A stretch of 64,000 nt of DNA, taken from positions 315,538-379,537 of the forward strand of contig JAVCDE010000024.1 in the NCBI GenBank assembly GCA_030765185.1. Reading direction: 5' to 3'. This document shows positions 37,326-47,606 of the stretch, in pieces. The position numbers were made by a program, and so were the translations under genes. The stretch is from Candidatus Aceula meridiana (GTDB lineage: Bacteria > Omnitrophota > Gorgyraeia > Zapsychrales > Aceulaceae). Every line of letters begins with the position of its first letter. The stretch's first letter is position 1. The notes under the pieces were generated by a model. It saw only the letters and a program-made list of their open reading frames with translations, did not search any database and was not told the DNA's origin.

Positions 37326-38681
37326 CTATTTTTGGCTTTCAATTAAAATCGGATAAATTTCTTCTAAAGTGGTCATCCCATTTTTGACCTTTTCGATAGC
37401 ATCCATGGCCAACGTCCGTCCTCCGTTTTGAATCACAATTTTCTGAAGCTCGCCTGTTGTAGCTTTACGCAAAATTGCCTCTCTTAATTCCTGGCCAAAG
37501 AACACAATTTCAAAAATAGCAACACGATTTTTATATCCTGTGCCACGACAATTTTCGCATCCCTTTCCTTTGTAAAGAATGATGTCTTGCGGGCCTGCCT
37601 TACTTTTTAAATCGACATAAGAAACTTCTTCTTGTTGGATGTCTTGATGCGGACGCAATAAATTGACATCAAAATGATAATGCAATTTTATTTTTTGCGC
37701 TTGTTCGCTGTTAATATGATGGGCGGTCTTGCAATGTTCACAAATTTGGCGAACAAGCCTTTGAGAGATTGCAGCGCTCAAGGCAAAAGAAACTAAAAAA
37801 TGATCCAGGCCCATATTAGTCAAGCGAATAATAGTCCCAATGGCACTCGTGGCGTGGACAGAACTAAAGACCATGTGGCCTGTGATTGCTGCACGTAAGG
37901 CAACGTCGGCGGTTTCTTTATCGCGAATTTCACCAACGAGAATAATATCAGGGTCTTGCCGAAGAATCGACCTTAATCCCTCTGCAAACCCCATCCCAGA
38001 CTTTGATTCAATATCACACTGATTCATCCCTTCGATACGATATTCGACAGGATCCTCTAACGTAACAATGTTGTTTTCCGGAGTATTAAGATGATTAATA
38101 AGCGCATACAGCGTTGTTGTTTTACCGCTGCCTGTTGGCCCACAAATTAGCATTAGCCCGCTTTTTAAATTTAATGCCTTTTCAAGATTTTTTAAATCAT
38201 AAGGATCGACACCAAGCCTACTAAGTTGGTAAATACTTGCATTTCCTTCTAAGATTCGGATAGCCATTTTTTCTCCGCTTACCGTAGGAAATGTAGAAAG
38301 GCGGAAATCATAACTCGATACCCCGAATTGAGCAGAAAAACGCCCATCCTGAGACTTACGTTTGGCCATAGCGTCTGGCTCCATACCAGCCATAATCTTA
38401 ATGCGCCCGAGAATATTAAGAAAGGAACCTTCTTCAAGATGAAGAACATCCTCAAGAAGCCCATCGATACGATAACGAACTTTTAAATATTTGTTGGAGG
38501 GCTCGATGTGGATATCACTGGCATGCTCTAAAACAGCCTCTTCAAGAATAAGGTTAACGACATTACTACTTAAGTGGGAATGCTCATCCTTTGTCTCGCT
38601 GGCACCTAGATTCCAACGAGATTTCTTTGCCTCAGGAAGTTCTGCCAAAATTGCTTGATATCGTTCCTCTAATCTACTCAT
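37326..38681 (-). CDS. GspE/PilB-family secretion ATPase
   Basis: ASDIHIEP, GPTGSGKTT, LRQDPDIILVGEIRD, CEHC...CENC. Confidence 0.92.
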   Translation of the reverse strand: MSRLEERYQAILAELPEAKKSRWNLGASETKDEHSHLSSNVVNLILEEAVLEHASDIHIEPSNKYLKVRYRIDGLLEDVLHLEEGSFLNILGRIKIMAGMEPDAMAKRKSQDGRFSAQFGVSSYDFRLSTFPTVSGEKMAIRILEGNASIYQLSRLGVDPYDLKNLEKALNLKSGLMLICGPTGSGKTTTLYALINHLNTPENNIVTLEDPVEYRIEGMNQCDIESKSGMGFAEGLRSILRQDPDIILVGEIRDKETADVALRAAITGHMVFSSVHATSAIGTIIRLTNMGLDHFLVSFALSAAISQRLVRQICEHCKTAHHINSEQAQKIKLHYHFDVNLLRPHQDIQQEEVSYVDLKSKAGPQDIILYKGKGCENCRGTGYKNRVAIFEIVFFGQELREAILRKATTGELQKIVIQNGGRTLAMDAIEKVKNGMTTLEEIYPILIESQK

Positions 38682-38709
38682 ACAGGCACCCTCCGCTTTT
38701 AATAAGAAC

Positions 38710-38964
38710 CTATCTTTCTAATAAAACATCAAACAAATCTTTTTGAAAATATGTTTTTTCATTGTCCTCACCTACACGTAACAAATGTTCGTTGAGCGCG
38801 CGTACAATCTTTCCCTTGATGTTAGCTGTGATGTGTTTTCCATTGCGCGCTTTCTGTACTTGCTTATGCGTTAACTGTTCTCTAGACGCCTTAATCAGAT
38901 CATCATTCTTTAATGAAAGGCTCTCCATAATTTCATTTAAAGGCGATGGTTGATTACTTTTCAT
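38710..38964 (-). CDS. Small conserved-looking HTH-like hypothetical protein
   Basis: EQLTHKQVQKARNG. Confidence 0.6.
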   Translation of the reverse strand: MKSNQPSPLNEIMESLSLKNDDLIKASREQLTHKQVQKARNGKHITANIKGKIVRALNEHLLRVGEDNEKTYFQKDLFDVLLER

Positions 38965-38969
38965 GAAGC

Positions 38970-39422
38970 CTACCAATATAACTTCTTAAACCGCTTAGAA
39001 TACCTCTTAACCCATTTATGGGAAGCTTCTTCGAGTGAGACTTCTTCACCTGCCTGCAGCATCAAGAGGTCGCGGTATTCAGAAATTAGATAAATCTGCT
39101 CAATCATTTTAACTTTAAATGCTTCACGCAACCTGAAGAAGCTTACCGCAATATCAAAAATATTTGTCTCAGCATTACGCACACACCGCACGACCTTGGC
39201 CTGAACATTAAACAATTTATCTTCAAAAGGCATCTTAATCAAAATAACAGAATCGATGTCTACAGGATTCTTCCCGGAAAACAACAGCCCGCCCAAGCTA
39301 AGATTGTCTGTCTTTGACTGATTTTTTTCTTTAATGATATTACCTTCTGAGTCGATGACCTCATAGGAAAGAGGCAACGATAGCGGATGCCGAATAAATT
39401 GACGTTTTTCTGTTTTACTCAT
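38970..39422 (-). CDS. PilZ-domain protein
   Basis: RQFIR (RxxxR) and NLSLGG (D/NxSxxG). Confidence 0.88.
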   Translation of the reverse strand: MSKTEKRQFIRHPLSLPLSYEVIDSEGNIIKEKNQSKTDNLSLGGLLFSGKNPVDIDSVILIKMPFEDKLFNVQAKVVRCVRNAETNIFDIAVSFFRLREAFKVKMIEQIYLISEYRDLLMLQAGEEVSLEEASHKWVKRYSKRFKKLYW

Positions 39423-39434
39423 AATCCCTCCTCC

Positions 39435-39860
39435 TTAAAGAAGATGCTGAAACCTTAACAAATCATACTGAGGAACATTATTTCTCATAAAATCTGCTCC
39501 CCAACCTACAAGCTTCCCTTTTTGAAATAAAAGGGGGGTGAGCTCTTGAAACTTAATAGGTTCATATTTCCCGCCCATTCTATCATCTCTCGTACTCGTA
39601 AAATAATAAACGACCTCAAAGGTTTGACGACCGACATCGATGACTTCAATCTTATGAGGATTATCAACAGATTGGTAGTCGTCAAGGTATCCGCCTTTTT
39701 TGGTCTCAGTTCCCATGATGCTAAGGACTTCTTGTTTGCTCATGCCGACTGAAAGCATTTTTAAATTGGTTTCATTCTCAAGAGCTGTTTTTTTGTATAC
39801 GCTTATAACAGAACATCCCGCTAGCGCTAAGCACATTAAGACGATTAATATTCTCTTCAA
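39435..39860 (-). CDS. DUF3192-like lipoprotein
   Basis: LAG|C lipobox; GMSKQEVLSIMG; TPLLF..GKLVGWG. Confidence 0.75.
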   Translation of the reverse strand: MKRILIVLMCLALAGCSVISVYKKTALENETNLKMLSVGMSKQEVLSIMGTETKKGGYLDDYQSVDNPHKIEVIDVGRQTFEVVYYFTSTRDDRMGGKYEPIKFQELTPLLFQKGKLVGWGADFMRNNVPQYDLLRFQHLL

Positions 39861-39903
39861 ATTTTCCTCCTATTGTTCACTTATAAACGGAACTCGTCAA
39901 CCT

Positions 39904-41082
39904 CTACAAATATTTCTTATATAAATTTAACGTTGTCTGAGCAACATCCCTTTTTGTATACGAGACCTCTACCATCTTACGTCCTGTTTCTCCCAATCGT
40001 TCCCGAAGGTCTTTGTCTGCCATCACCTGAATAATCCTTGATGCTAACTCTTCAGAATCTTTTACAGGAATCACAAACCCATTAATGCCATCAGAAATGA
40101 TCTCCGGCATTCCTCCCGTTTTTGTCACAATCATCGGGCGAGAACATGCCATGGCCTCCAGCATAGTTAACCCAAATGGCTCGAAACTCGATGATGGATA
40201 AACACAAGCCTGTGAAAGTTTATAAAGGGCCGGCATGTCCGTTAAATCATAAGAATCAATAAGAACATTCTCTCTTAGGCCAAATTTCTCAACAAGCTGA
40301 ACCATATAAGCAATATCTTTTTGCTGCGTGTCTCCCCAATCAATAATATTTTTTGTTCCAGCCAGGACAAGCATAACATTCGGATATTTCCTTTTAACAG
40401 TGCGCAAAGCCTTTATACTGACATCACATCCTTTAGCAAGTCCCATACGCGCCGGATGAAAAATAATTCTTTTTCCTTTTAGCTGAGGATATTTCTTAAG
40501 AATTTTGCTCGTGTTAGCCTTAGGGCTAAATACCTCCTCATCAACTCCGTGATGAATTGTTGTCACGAGGTTGTGGTCGCATCCAATCCCATTTAGTTCT
40601 TTTGCGATAAAATGACTGACCGCAATGATATGACTCCACTGTATTGTAGAAGTCAGTTCTAAGAACTGAACATCATCCCACGCATTATGCGCCGTCAAAA
40701 AAAGAGGAATGCCATGCTTGAGAGCTAATCTCTCCAGCGCCTTAATGTGCGCTTTGCTAAAATAATTCATGTTGTGCACATGAAGAACATCCGGTTTATT
40801 TTTATCAATAAACTTCTTAAAAACCCTTGAAACTTCTACTTGAATTCCTTCTAAACCTCTTCTGTATAGCCAGTTTAAATCCATGATAGGATTTCGGGTG
40901 ATTTTGACACCCTTATAAACTTCTTCCCCGGGATAGCCCTCAAAGCTACACGTTAGCAAACTTGCATTATGCCCCATGTCCACAAAAGTCGGCAACAAAA
41001 TCGTCAAATGAGTCTCAACGCCACCGATAACAGGAGGAAATCCCCAGTGCAAATGTGCAATATTTAATTTCTTTTTTGGCAT
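39904..41082 (-). CDS. Glycosyltransferase family 4
   Basis: GGVETH, EPFGLTMLEAMA, GGMPEII.DG.NG. Confidence 0.9.
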   Translation of the reverse strand: MPKKKLNIAHLHWGFPPVIGGVETHLTILLPTFVDMGHNASLLTCSFEGYPGEEVYKGVKITRNPIMDLNWLYRRGLEGIQVEVSRVFKKFIDKNKPDVLHVHNMNYFSKAHIKALERLALKHGIPLFLTAHNAWDDVQFLELTSTIQWSHIIAVSHFIAKELNGIGCDHNLVTTIHHGVDEEVFSPKANTSKILKKYPQLKGKRIIFHPARMGLAKGCDVSIKALRTVKRKYPNVMLVLAGTKNIIDWGDTQQKDIAYMVQLVEKFGLRENVLIDSYDLTDMPALYKLSQACVYPSSSFEPFGLTMLEAMACSRPMIVTKTGGMPEIISDGINGFVIPVKDSEELASRIIQVMADKDLRERLGETGRKMVEVSYTKRDVAQTTLNLYKKYL

Positions 41083-41101
41083 AATAAACGCATCCCTTTC
41101 T

Positions 41102-43426
41102 TTAAAGATAATAATGCTTTTGTTGCCCTGCTTTTGGCCGGGTAAAAATATGTTCTTTGCCTTTTCCGATTAAACGAACGCGGCCGAAAACTTCTATTTT
41201 TATTTTTGTCCTCGACTTACCTTCTACCCGAATACGGACTTCATTGTTTTTAACCTCAAGTCGCAAAATATAATTCTGCCACGAGAGAGAACAACCAATT
41301 TTACCCCAAGTTTTTGGCATAAAAGGGTCAACGCACAAATGAGTTTTTTTATAGTAAACGCCAGCAAACCCATTAACTACACATTGCCATACGCCTCCTA
41401 AAGAGGCCGCATGAATTCCTTCATCCGTATTGCCATGAAGATTACTAATATCAGCCCTTAAAGCAATATTAAAGAATTGATATGCCTGGCTCAGTGATCC
41501 TGCCTGAAGCGCCATCAAGCAATGAATTGCCGGGCTCAGGGATGATTTATGCAATGTTCTTTTCACATAAAACCAATAATTACTCTCTTTAACCTTATCG
41601 GTATAAACATCCCGGAGCAAATACAACATCATTAAGACATCCGCTTGCTTGACAAACTGAGTCTTATTGTAGTCTTTGACCTTTACTCCTTTAGGCAAAA
41701 GCGGAATGCCGTTTTCATCAAAATTAACGATTTCGATATAACGCTTGCGAAAAAAACCATCAAACTGTTCAATAACGTTGTTCTTGTTTATTTTCACGAC
41801 CAGGCGCGCGGCAATAAATTTCCATAGCGCTACTTCTTTTTCTGTCAGACTCATTCTAGAACACAAAGATGCACCAGCTTTTTTGTCTTTTATTTTAAGT
41901 TGTGTGTATAGCTTATGGGCCGTTAAAAGATTCCATTTCGCCATAACATTGGTAAATGCATTGTTGTTAACATGCTCATGAAATTCATCCGGGCCGATGA
42001 CGTTTCGGATTTCATATTTTCCCTGTTTGTTTTTTGAAACACGACTAGCCCAAAATCTGGCGGCGCTAAAAATCAATTCGTATCCGGCTTTTTTTAAAAA
42101 TTCATTATCGCCTGTAATCAAAGCATACTGATAGCAAGCATAAGCAATATCAACCGTGATATGGTGCTCAAGCTCATTGGTCTTGATTCGGATAATGCGT
42201 CCGTCTAAGTCCTTGGCCCATGTAGGTGTTTCTTCTTCACCGGTTTCGGCAGACTCCCAAGGAAACATCGTACCCTTATACCCCTGTTTTTTAGCAATCT
42301 TACGGGCTGGATCAAGACGCTTATGACGATATAAAAGCATATTTTTTGCTATTTCCGGGAAGACATATGCATAAAACGGCAATAGAAAAATCTCCGCATC
42401 CCAAAAAATATGTCCACGATACCCTTCGCCGCTTAATGTTCGGGCACCAATACTCGACAACCCTGCATCATTGCTGGCGCAAATCAACATATGATAAATA
42501 TTAAATCTGAGATTTTTCTGAATATCGCTCGTCCCGCCGATTGTGACATCCGCGGTTTTCCAAAGGTCGTTCCAGGCATGAGCATGTGATTTTAAGAGGC
42601 TATCAAAATTAACCTTAAAGGCCTTACGAAATTCCCGACGGCTGTCTTCCTTACCCTTTTTAATATTTTCAATTTCTGCGTAAGAAGAAATATTCACGAT
42701 GCGTGTAAAAATAACGGATTGCCTCTTTTTGAGCTTTAGCCTGAGAATGCTGCTATCGGCCAAAGTTTTCTTGCGGCCAATTTTATAATAGAGTCCGCTA
42801 CGGTAGATAATCTTATGCCTTTTCTCCAGCGTTTCTAAAAGCCGATAACTTACGTTTTCTTCATGGTCTGATTCCTGGACATTAAAATGTATTTTGTTGC
42901 CCTCATGCACGCCTCCTTTATTAAACACAGACGTATCAATTCCGGATTGCACTTCAATCTCGACATCACCATCTAAAGGCGTTAAGACAATCTGCATAAC
43001 ACCGATATTCTTATTTTCCATGGAGACAAATCTTAAAGACTGATAATCAAAACGCCTATTCTTGACGTCGCGATATATTGTCCGTCTCAAAAGAAGACCG
43101 TCTTGCATATTCAGCGTTCTTTGATGACTTTCGATATCCATTGCGGCCGCGCCAAACTTTTCACCTTTTAGAATAAATTTGAAAAAGAATGGGTTGGGCA
43201 AATTAACAAGGTCTGATACCTGAGAAGTAAGCCTGTCATAAACGCCGGTAATAAAGGTACCCGGTTCGGCGCCCTGGGGACGCTCTTCTAAAACACCTCT
43301 GGCGCCCCAATAGCCGTTGCCCAAGGCAAACTGAGTTTCGCGGATGCCCTGTAGGTCTTCTTGGAAGCCATTTTCTCTGATGCACCAAAGGTCTTTGAGC
43401 TTATGTTGCGCATAAAAATCTTTCAT
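41102..43426 (-). CDS. GH65 family phosphorylase/hydrolase (trehalose/maltose/kojibiose phosphorylase-like)
   Basis: LGNGYWGARG, GYRGHIFWDAE, GPDEFHE, KQADV, SSLS. Confidence 0.92.
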   Translation of the reverse strand: MKDFYAQHKLKDLWCIRENGFQEDLQGIRETQFALGNGYWGARGVLEERPQGAEPGTFITGVYDRLTSQVSDLVNLPNPFFFKFILKGEKFGAAAMDIESHQRTLNMQDGLLLRRTIYRDVKNRRFDYQSLRFVSMENKNIGVMQIVLTPLDGDVEIEVQSGIDTSVFNKGGVHEGNKIHFNVQESDHEENVSYRLLETLEKRHKIIYRSGLYYKIGRKKTLADSSILRLKLKKRQSVIFTRIVNISSYAEIENIKKGKEDSRREFRKAFKVNFDSLLKSHAHAWNDLWKTADVTIGGTSDIQKNLRFNIYHMLICASNDAGLSSIGARTLSGEGYRGHIFWDAEIFLLPFYAYVFPEIAKNMLLYRHKRLDPARKIAKKQGYKGTMFPWESAETGEEETPTWAKDLDGRIIRIKTNELEHHITVDIAYACYQYALITGDNEFLKKAGYELIFSAARFWASRVSKNKQGKYEIRNVIGPDEFHEHVNNNAFTNVMAKWNLLTAHKLYTQLKIKDKKAGASLCSRMSLTEKEVALWKFIAARLVVKINKNNVIEQFDGFFRKRYIEIVNFDENGIPLLPKGVKVKDYNKTQFVKQADVLMMLYLLRDVYTDKVKESNYWFYVKRTLHKSSLSPAIHCLMALQAGSLSQAYQFFNIALRADISNLHGNTDEGIHAASLGGVWQCVVNGFAGVYYKKTHLCVDPFMPKTWGKIGCSLSWQNYILRLEVKNNEVRIRVEGKSRTKIKIEVFGRVRLIGKGKEHIFTRPKAGQQKHYYL

Positions 43427-43495
43427 CGCAATTCCCTTCTTAAAGCTTATTGTTCAAGCTTATTTTATTAAAGAAATAATTTTTGCTTTGCAAAG

Positions 43496-43882
43496 CTACG
43501 CTGTCCAGCCATAATACGCTAACACCACACCAAAAATAAAAACTGCGCTGGCTTGCACCATAAGGGCAGTTTTGTTTCTTGTGTAAAAGGCAACAAATCT
43601 TTTAAGGTTGCGAGGAAACATAATCAGCCAAATGCCTTTAATAATGCCGCCCCATCCATAGATGGTAATAATCACTCGCCAGCTTAATTCCCACACGTTA
43701 TGATTAAGAACAATAGACAAACCAACAACCAACGCTAAAACTCCACCAAAAAAAACAAGAGCAGCATTTTTACAATAATCTTCTAAAATGCTTTGAAAAA
43801 AATCTCTGTTGAAAAAAAGTCCAACAGAGATGACCAGCATACTTGTCCCCAATAATTTTGCGATAAAAATTGATATAGACAT
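43496..43882 (-). CDS. Small 4-TM membrane protein
   Basis: HNVW...W and IKG motifs; SD GGAGG. Confidence 0.7.
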   Translation of the reverse strand: MSISIFIAKLLGTSMLVISVGLFFNRDFFQSILEDYCKNAALVFFGGVLALVVGLSIVLNHNVWELSWRVIITIYGWGGIIKGIWLIMFPRNLKRFVAFYTRNKTALMVQASAVFIFGVVLAYYGWTA

Positions 43883-44045
43883 AAATGACCTCCAGGTTTA
43901 TGGAGCGTTAGCGATCATAAATCTGCAGAGAGAATTTATCCTTCGAGTCCTTGACGAAGGATAAACAACCTCCCTAGATAAGTCCGACGCTAATTCGTCG
44001 GCTGACGAACTTTTCTGCGATTAAAACCTCCGAAACATTCTTATC

Positions 44046-44099
44046 CTATTTCTTCGGTTTTTTCTTTTCTTTTTTTGGCTTATTTTTACCTTTTCCCAT
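44046..44099 (-). CDS. 17-aa lysine-rich peptide MGKGKNKPKKEKKKPKK
   Basis: GGAGGT SD 5 nt upstream of ATG; upstream TATAAT and structured leader. Confidence 0.6.
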   Translation of the reverse strand: MGKGKNKPKKEKKKPKK

Positions 44100-44204
44100 T
44101 TTTTACCTCCCTGGATGAGCCCCACCCTGGCGGAGCGAATTTGCCCTGACTGATGTAGACCAGGGTTTCTACTATTGTTAGATCACTTGATTATACTAAT
44201 ATCT

Positions 44205-44582
44205 CTATTCCCAGCCTACCGGATCTGAAACGGCCTCTTCGGATTTGCTCTCATCTTTATTGCGTTTCGGCATAAAATGTACATTATTCGCGGTAATTCT
44301 TACGCGGCTCTGGGTCTTGCCGTCTTTTTCCCATCGGTCTTGCCTTAAGCGGCCTTCAACGATGATTCCACTTCCCTTTGAAAGATACTTTGAGCAATTT
44401 TCAGCAACGACACCCCATACCTCAACATCAAAGTAAGACACTTCAGAAACCTTCTCGCTATTTTTTGTATAAATACGATTGTTGGCAATCGAAAGACTGC
44501 AAACAGCTTTTCCTGAAGGTGTGTACTTCATCTCTGGATCTCGTGTTAAATTTCCCATAATGTTTACACTATTTAAACTCAT
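44205..44582 (-). CDS. ssb: Single-stranded DNA-binding protein (short)
   Basis: GNLTRDPE, YLSKGS..VEGRL. Confidence 0.92.
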   Translation of the reverse strand: MSLNSVNIMGNLTRDPEMKYTPSGKAVCSLSIANNRIYTKNSEKVSEVSYFDVEVWGVVAENCSKYLSKGSGIIVEGRLRQDRWEKDGKTQSRVRITANNVHFMPKRNKDESKSEEAVSDPVGWE

Positions 44583-44635
44583 CCTTCACTTCCTCTCTAT
44601 TTAGCTTTCAATTTTTATAAAATTTATTCTTAACC

Positions 44636-45064
44636 CTACTCTGCGGTTAAAACTTTCTCGATCTGCGGAAAATATTTCTTGATGACCATCATTTCCTCAG
44701 GAGCTAAACTATTTCCCATTTTTGCGGCCATAGAACCAAACATTCCTCCCATGCCGCCCATATTATTTTGCTCCATCTGTGCTTGAGCAAATCCTGTGGT
44801 AACTTTTTGCATCAGCACAGGAAAATCTTCTATAGAAACCCCGAACCTATCAAGAAGATTTTCTAATTCTTTAGCATATTTAGCAGCCGTCGGGGCAGAT
44901 GGATTAGACTCAATGTCCTGACCATATTTCTCAAGCAAAGTTTTATACTTTGGATAAAGCTGTAAAAAAACTTTAACGCTAGCATCGCTGACTGTCTGAA
45001 AGTCAATGGCAAATGCACAAACACAAACCGAAAGCATTAAAATAGCAATAATGGTTGTTTTCAT
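44636..45064 (-). CDS. Secreted hypothetical protein
   Basis: Signal peptide AFA; SD GGGAGG. Confidence 0.65.
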   Translation of the reverse strand: MKTTIIAILMLSVCVCAFAIDFQTVSDASVKVFLQLYPKYKTLLEKYGQDIESNPSAPTAAKYAKELENLLDRFGVSIEDFPVLMQKVTTGFAQAQMEQNNMGGMGGMFGSMAAKMGNSLAPEEMMVIKKYFPQIEKVLTAE

Positions 45065-45100
45065 GGTACCTCCCCTAATTGTTTATAAAACTTCCTTAAC

Positions 45101-45814
45101 CTATCCTATCAACCTTTGCCCTAGCATACCGACCATAAAACCCAAACAAGCCCAAAGTGCCGGAATCCAATGCTTCTTCTTGGAAGACTGCGGTGCAATG
45201 TCTTGAAACACCAAATACAAGATCCCGCCAGCGGCAAACATCATAACCGCAGCAACAATTTTAGGATGCCCCTCTAAAAGCGTCTTTCCTAAAAAAACAG
45301 CCGGGATACCAGCCAAACTTAACACAACCATTGTTGTGAATATTTTTGCTTTTTTAATATTAATTCTGCAGCATTCCTTGTAAGCATTAAACCCTTCAGG
45401 AAGGTTTTGTGCTGCGATAAAAAAAGCTAAAAGTATGGCAAGTTTATGTTCTTTGGCAAAAAGGGCGCCTAAAGCAATCGCTTCAGGAATAAAATCCATC
45501 ATCATCGCCAACATCTGTGCGCGAGACCCACCTTTTTGACTTAAATGCTTATCAACCATAGAAAAAACACCAGCCCCTAACAAAAAAGTTGAAAGTATTG
45601 CGAAGGTGTTTAACTTATGCAAACCCGGAGGAACCAAAACTAAGGCAATAGCGGCCACAAGAAGTCCGCCTCCAAAGGCAATAATGCCGCGTAAGACATC
45701 ATCTTTGATTTCACCCTCAGGAAACTTTTCAATACTAGCGATAAAGCCACCAACAAAAATAGCAAACCCGGCTAAAAATGAATAAACTATAAGTTGAATA
45801 ATTTCGCTCATCAT
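45101..45814 (-). CDS. ZIP family metal transporter
   Basis: AFGGG, DFIPE, QNLPEG, FAAGGILYL. Confidence 0.85.
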   Translation of the reverse strand: MMSEIIQLIVYSFLAGFAIFVGGFIASIEKFPEGEIKDDVLRGIIAFGGGLLVAAIALVLVPPGLHKLNTFAILSTFLLGAGVFSMVDKHLSQKGGSRAQMLAMMMDFIPEAIALGALFAKEHKLAILLAFFIAAQNLPEGFNAYKECCRINIKKAKIFTTMVVLSLAGIPAVFLGKTLLEGHPKIVAAVMMFAAGGILYLVFQDIAPQSSKKKHWIPALWACLGFMVGMLGQRLIG

Positions 45815-46923
45815 CCTCTTATCCTCCCTAAACTACACGTAATCTCATAGCTAATTGTTCTCGCTAGCCATGCCAGTTCATCGGCTGTGACTTCTTCGCG
45901 TCCTTGGCGGCCAAGGATACAAACCTCATCGCCGACTTTAATATTTTTTAAACGGCTGACATCCGCCATAATCTGATCCATGGTAACTGTGCCGATAACC
46001 GGGCACCTCTTCCCTTTAATTAAAACAGAAGTCTGATTAGAAAATTTACGAAAATACCCATCATGATAGCCAATAGAAATAGTTGCCACTCGCATCTTTT
46101 TTGATGCCACAAACGTATGTCCATAACTTATGCCACGCCCTTTAGAGATACTTTTAACAAAACACACACGCGCTTTAACACTCATCACAGGCTTTAATTT
46201 AATTCTGTTTTTTATCCTTGGAGACGGATAAAGACCATAAAGCATGAGCCCCGTGCGTGCCAAATTAAAACCTTTATGGCCAAACGCGGCAAAGCCCATA
46301 CTGTTGGCGGCATGGACATATTTAATCGTAAATACTTCCTTTTTAATTTGAGCGACAATACGCTTAATGACGCTAATTTGATACTTAGTAAAATTCTTGT
46401 TGGTATCTGCTACAGGAAAATGCGTGCAAATCCCCTCAATAATAATCCATTCTAAATTCTTAACGGCCTTTATAAAATCTATTGCATGCGCCTGGCAAAC
46501 ACCAAGACGCCCCATGCCGGTATCAATCTTAATATGAACTGCAATTTTCTTTTTCTTCTTAGCGCCGATCCTATCAAGGGCGAGGACTAACTCCAGAGTG
46601 CAGACAACGGGTGTAATATTGTGCTCGACTAAATATTTTGCATTCGTTGGCAATGCGCTCTCAAGCATCAAGATGCGCTTTTTAATTCCTGCTTGGCGCA
46701 AGGCAATGCCTTCGTTAATATCTGAGACACCAAAAAACTCTATCTTCTCCTTGTTGAGTGTGCGGGCAGCTTTTTGGAGACCATGACCATAAGCATCAGC
46801 TTTTACAACAGCCAAGATGCTGGTATCTTTTCCGGCAAAGCGTTTAATGGCTTTAAAATTACTTTTTAAGGCTTTAAGGTCGATATCGACCCAAGCCACA
46901 GGTGGACAATTCTTAATTTTCAT
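45811..46923 (-). CDS. alr: Alanine racemase
   Basis: AVVKADAYGHG, KIDTGMGRLG, GYHDG; ATGA overlap with tsaB. Confidence 0.96.
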   Translation of the reverse strand: MKIKNCPPVAWVDIDLKALKSNFKAIKRFAGKDTSILAVVKADAYGHGLQKAARTLNKEKIEFFGVSDINEGIALRQAGIKKRILMLESALPTNAKYLVEHNITPVVCTLELVLALDRIGAKKKKKIAVHIKIDTGMGRLGVCQAHAIDFIKAVKNLEWIIIEGICTHFPVADTNKNFTKYQISVIKRIVAQIKKEVFTIKYVHAANSMGFAAFGHKGFNLARTGLMLYGLYPSPRIKNRIKLKPVMSVKARVCFVKSISKGRGISYGHTFVASKKMRVATISIGYHDGYFRKFSNQTSVLIKGKRCPVIGTVTMDQIMADVSRLKNIKVGDEVCILGRQGREEVTADELAWLARTISYEITCSLGRIRG

Positions 46924-47606
46924 CGTCTCACCTGACAATCCTGAGGATATAAATACATAGGCTTCACGCCTTGCGTAAGCTCTTTTCTATTTTTAAACTT
47001 TTCTTGCGCTGCCTCAGCTAAAAAACATGCTTGAGGGTTACTGTCTTTTTCTTCTACAAAAAAAACTTTTTTGCGCGTGTCACGGAAATGCTTCTCAATC
47101 TGTTCTTTAAAAAGCACAACACCGTCTCCAACGAAAAGGGTGTCATTTTTAACATCTTTTAAGAAATCTTCAATACTTGTTAAAAGACAATCTGTCTTTG
47201 GTTTTATTTTGCCTTTTACACATGCGTACAACCTACCATAAACCATGTTTCGTTTGGCATCGCAAATAACTGCAATATCGCCATCTGTTTTAGCAGCTTG
47301 CGCCATAGCAATTAAATCCAAACTGCAAGCACCTACAACAGGTTTTTGGCATGCAAAAGCAAAGCCTTTGATAGTAGATATTCCAACGCGCAAACCTGTA
47401 AACGATCCCGGACCAAGGCCCACAGCAAATCCATCAATCTTTGAAAAAGGTGTTTTTGTTTTCTTTAACATGCTATCAACCGCAGGAACAATGGCATCGG
47501 ACAATACTTTGTTTAAGCGAATGTTGCGTGAAGCTACAGTCTTATTATTTTTGACAATACACAAGCTAAATGTCCGACTCGAAGTATCAATACTTAAAAT
47601 ATTCAA
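46920..47606 (-). CDS. tsaB: t6A biosynthesis protein TsaB
   Basis: [19 protein letters not shown]. Confidence 0.93.
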   Translation of the reverse strand: MNILSIDTSSRTFSLCIVKNNKTVASRNIRLNKVLSDAIVPAVDSMLKKTKTPFSKIDGFAVGLGPGSFTGLRVGISTIKGFAFACQKPVVGACSLDLIAMAQAAKTDGDIAVICDAKRNMVYGRLYACVKGKIKPKTDCLLTSIEDFLKDVKNDTLFVGDGVVLFKEQIEKHFRDTRKKVFFVEEKDSNPQACFLAEAAQEKFKNRKELTQGVKPMYLYPQDCQVRR

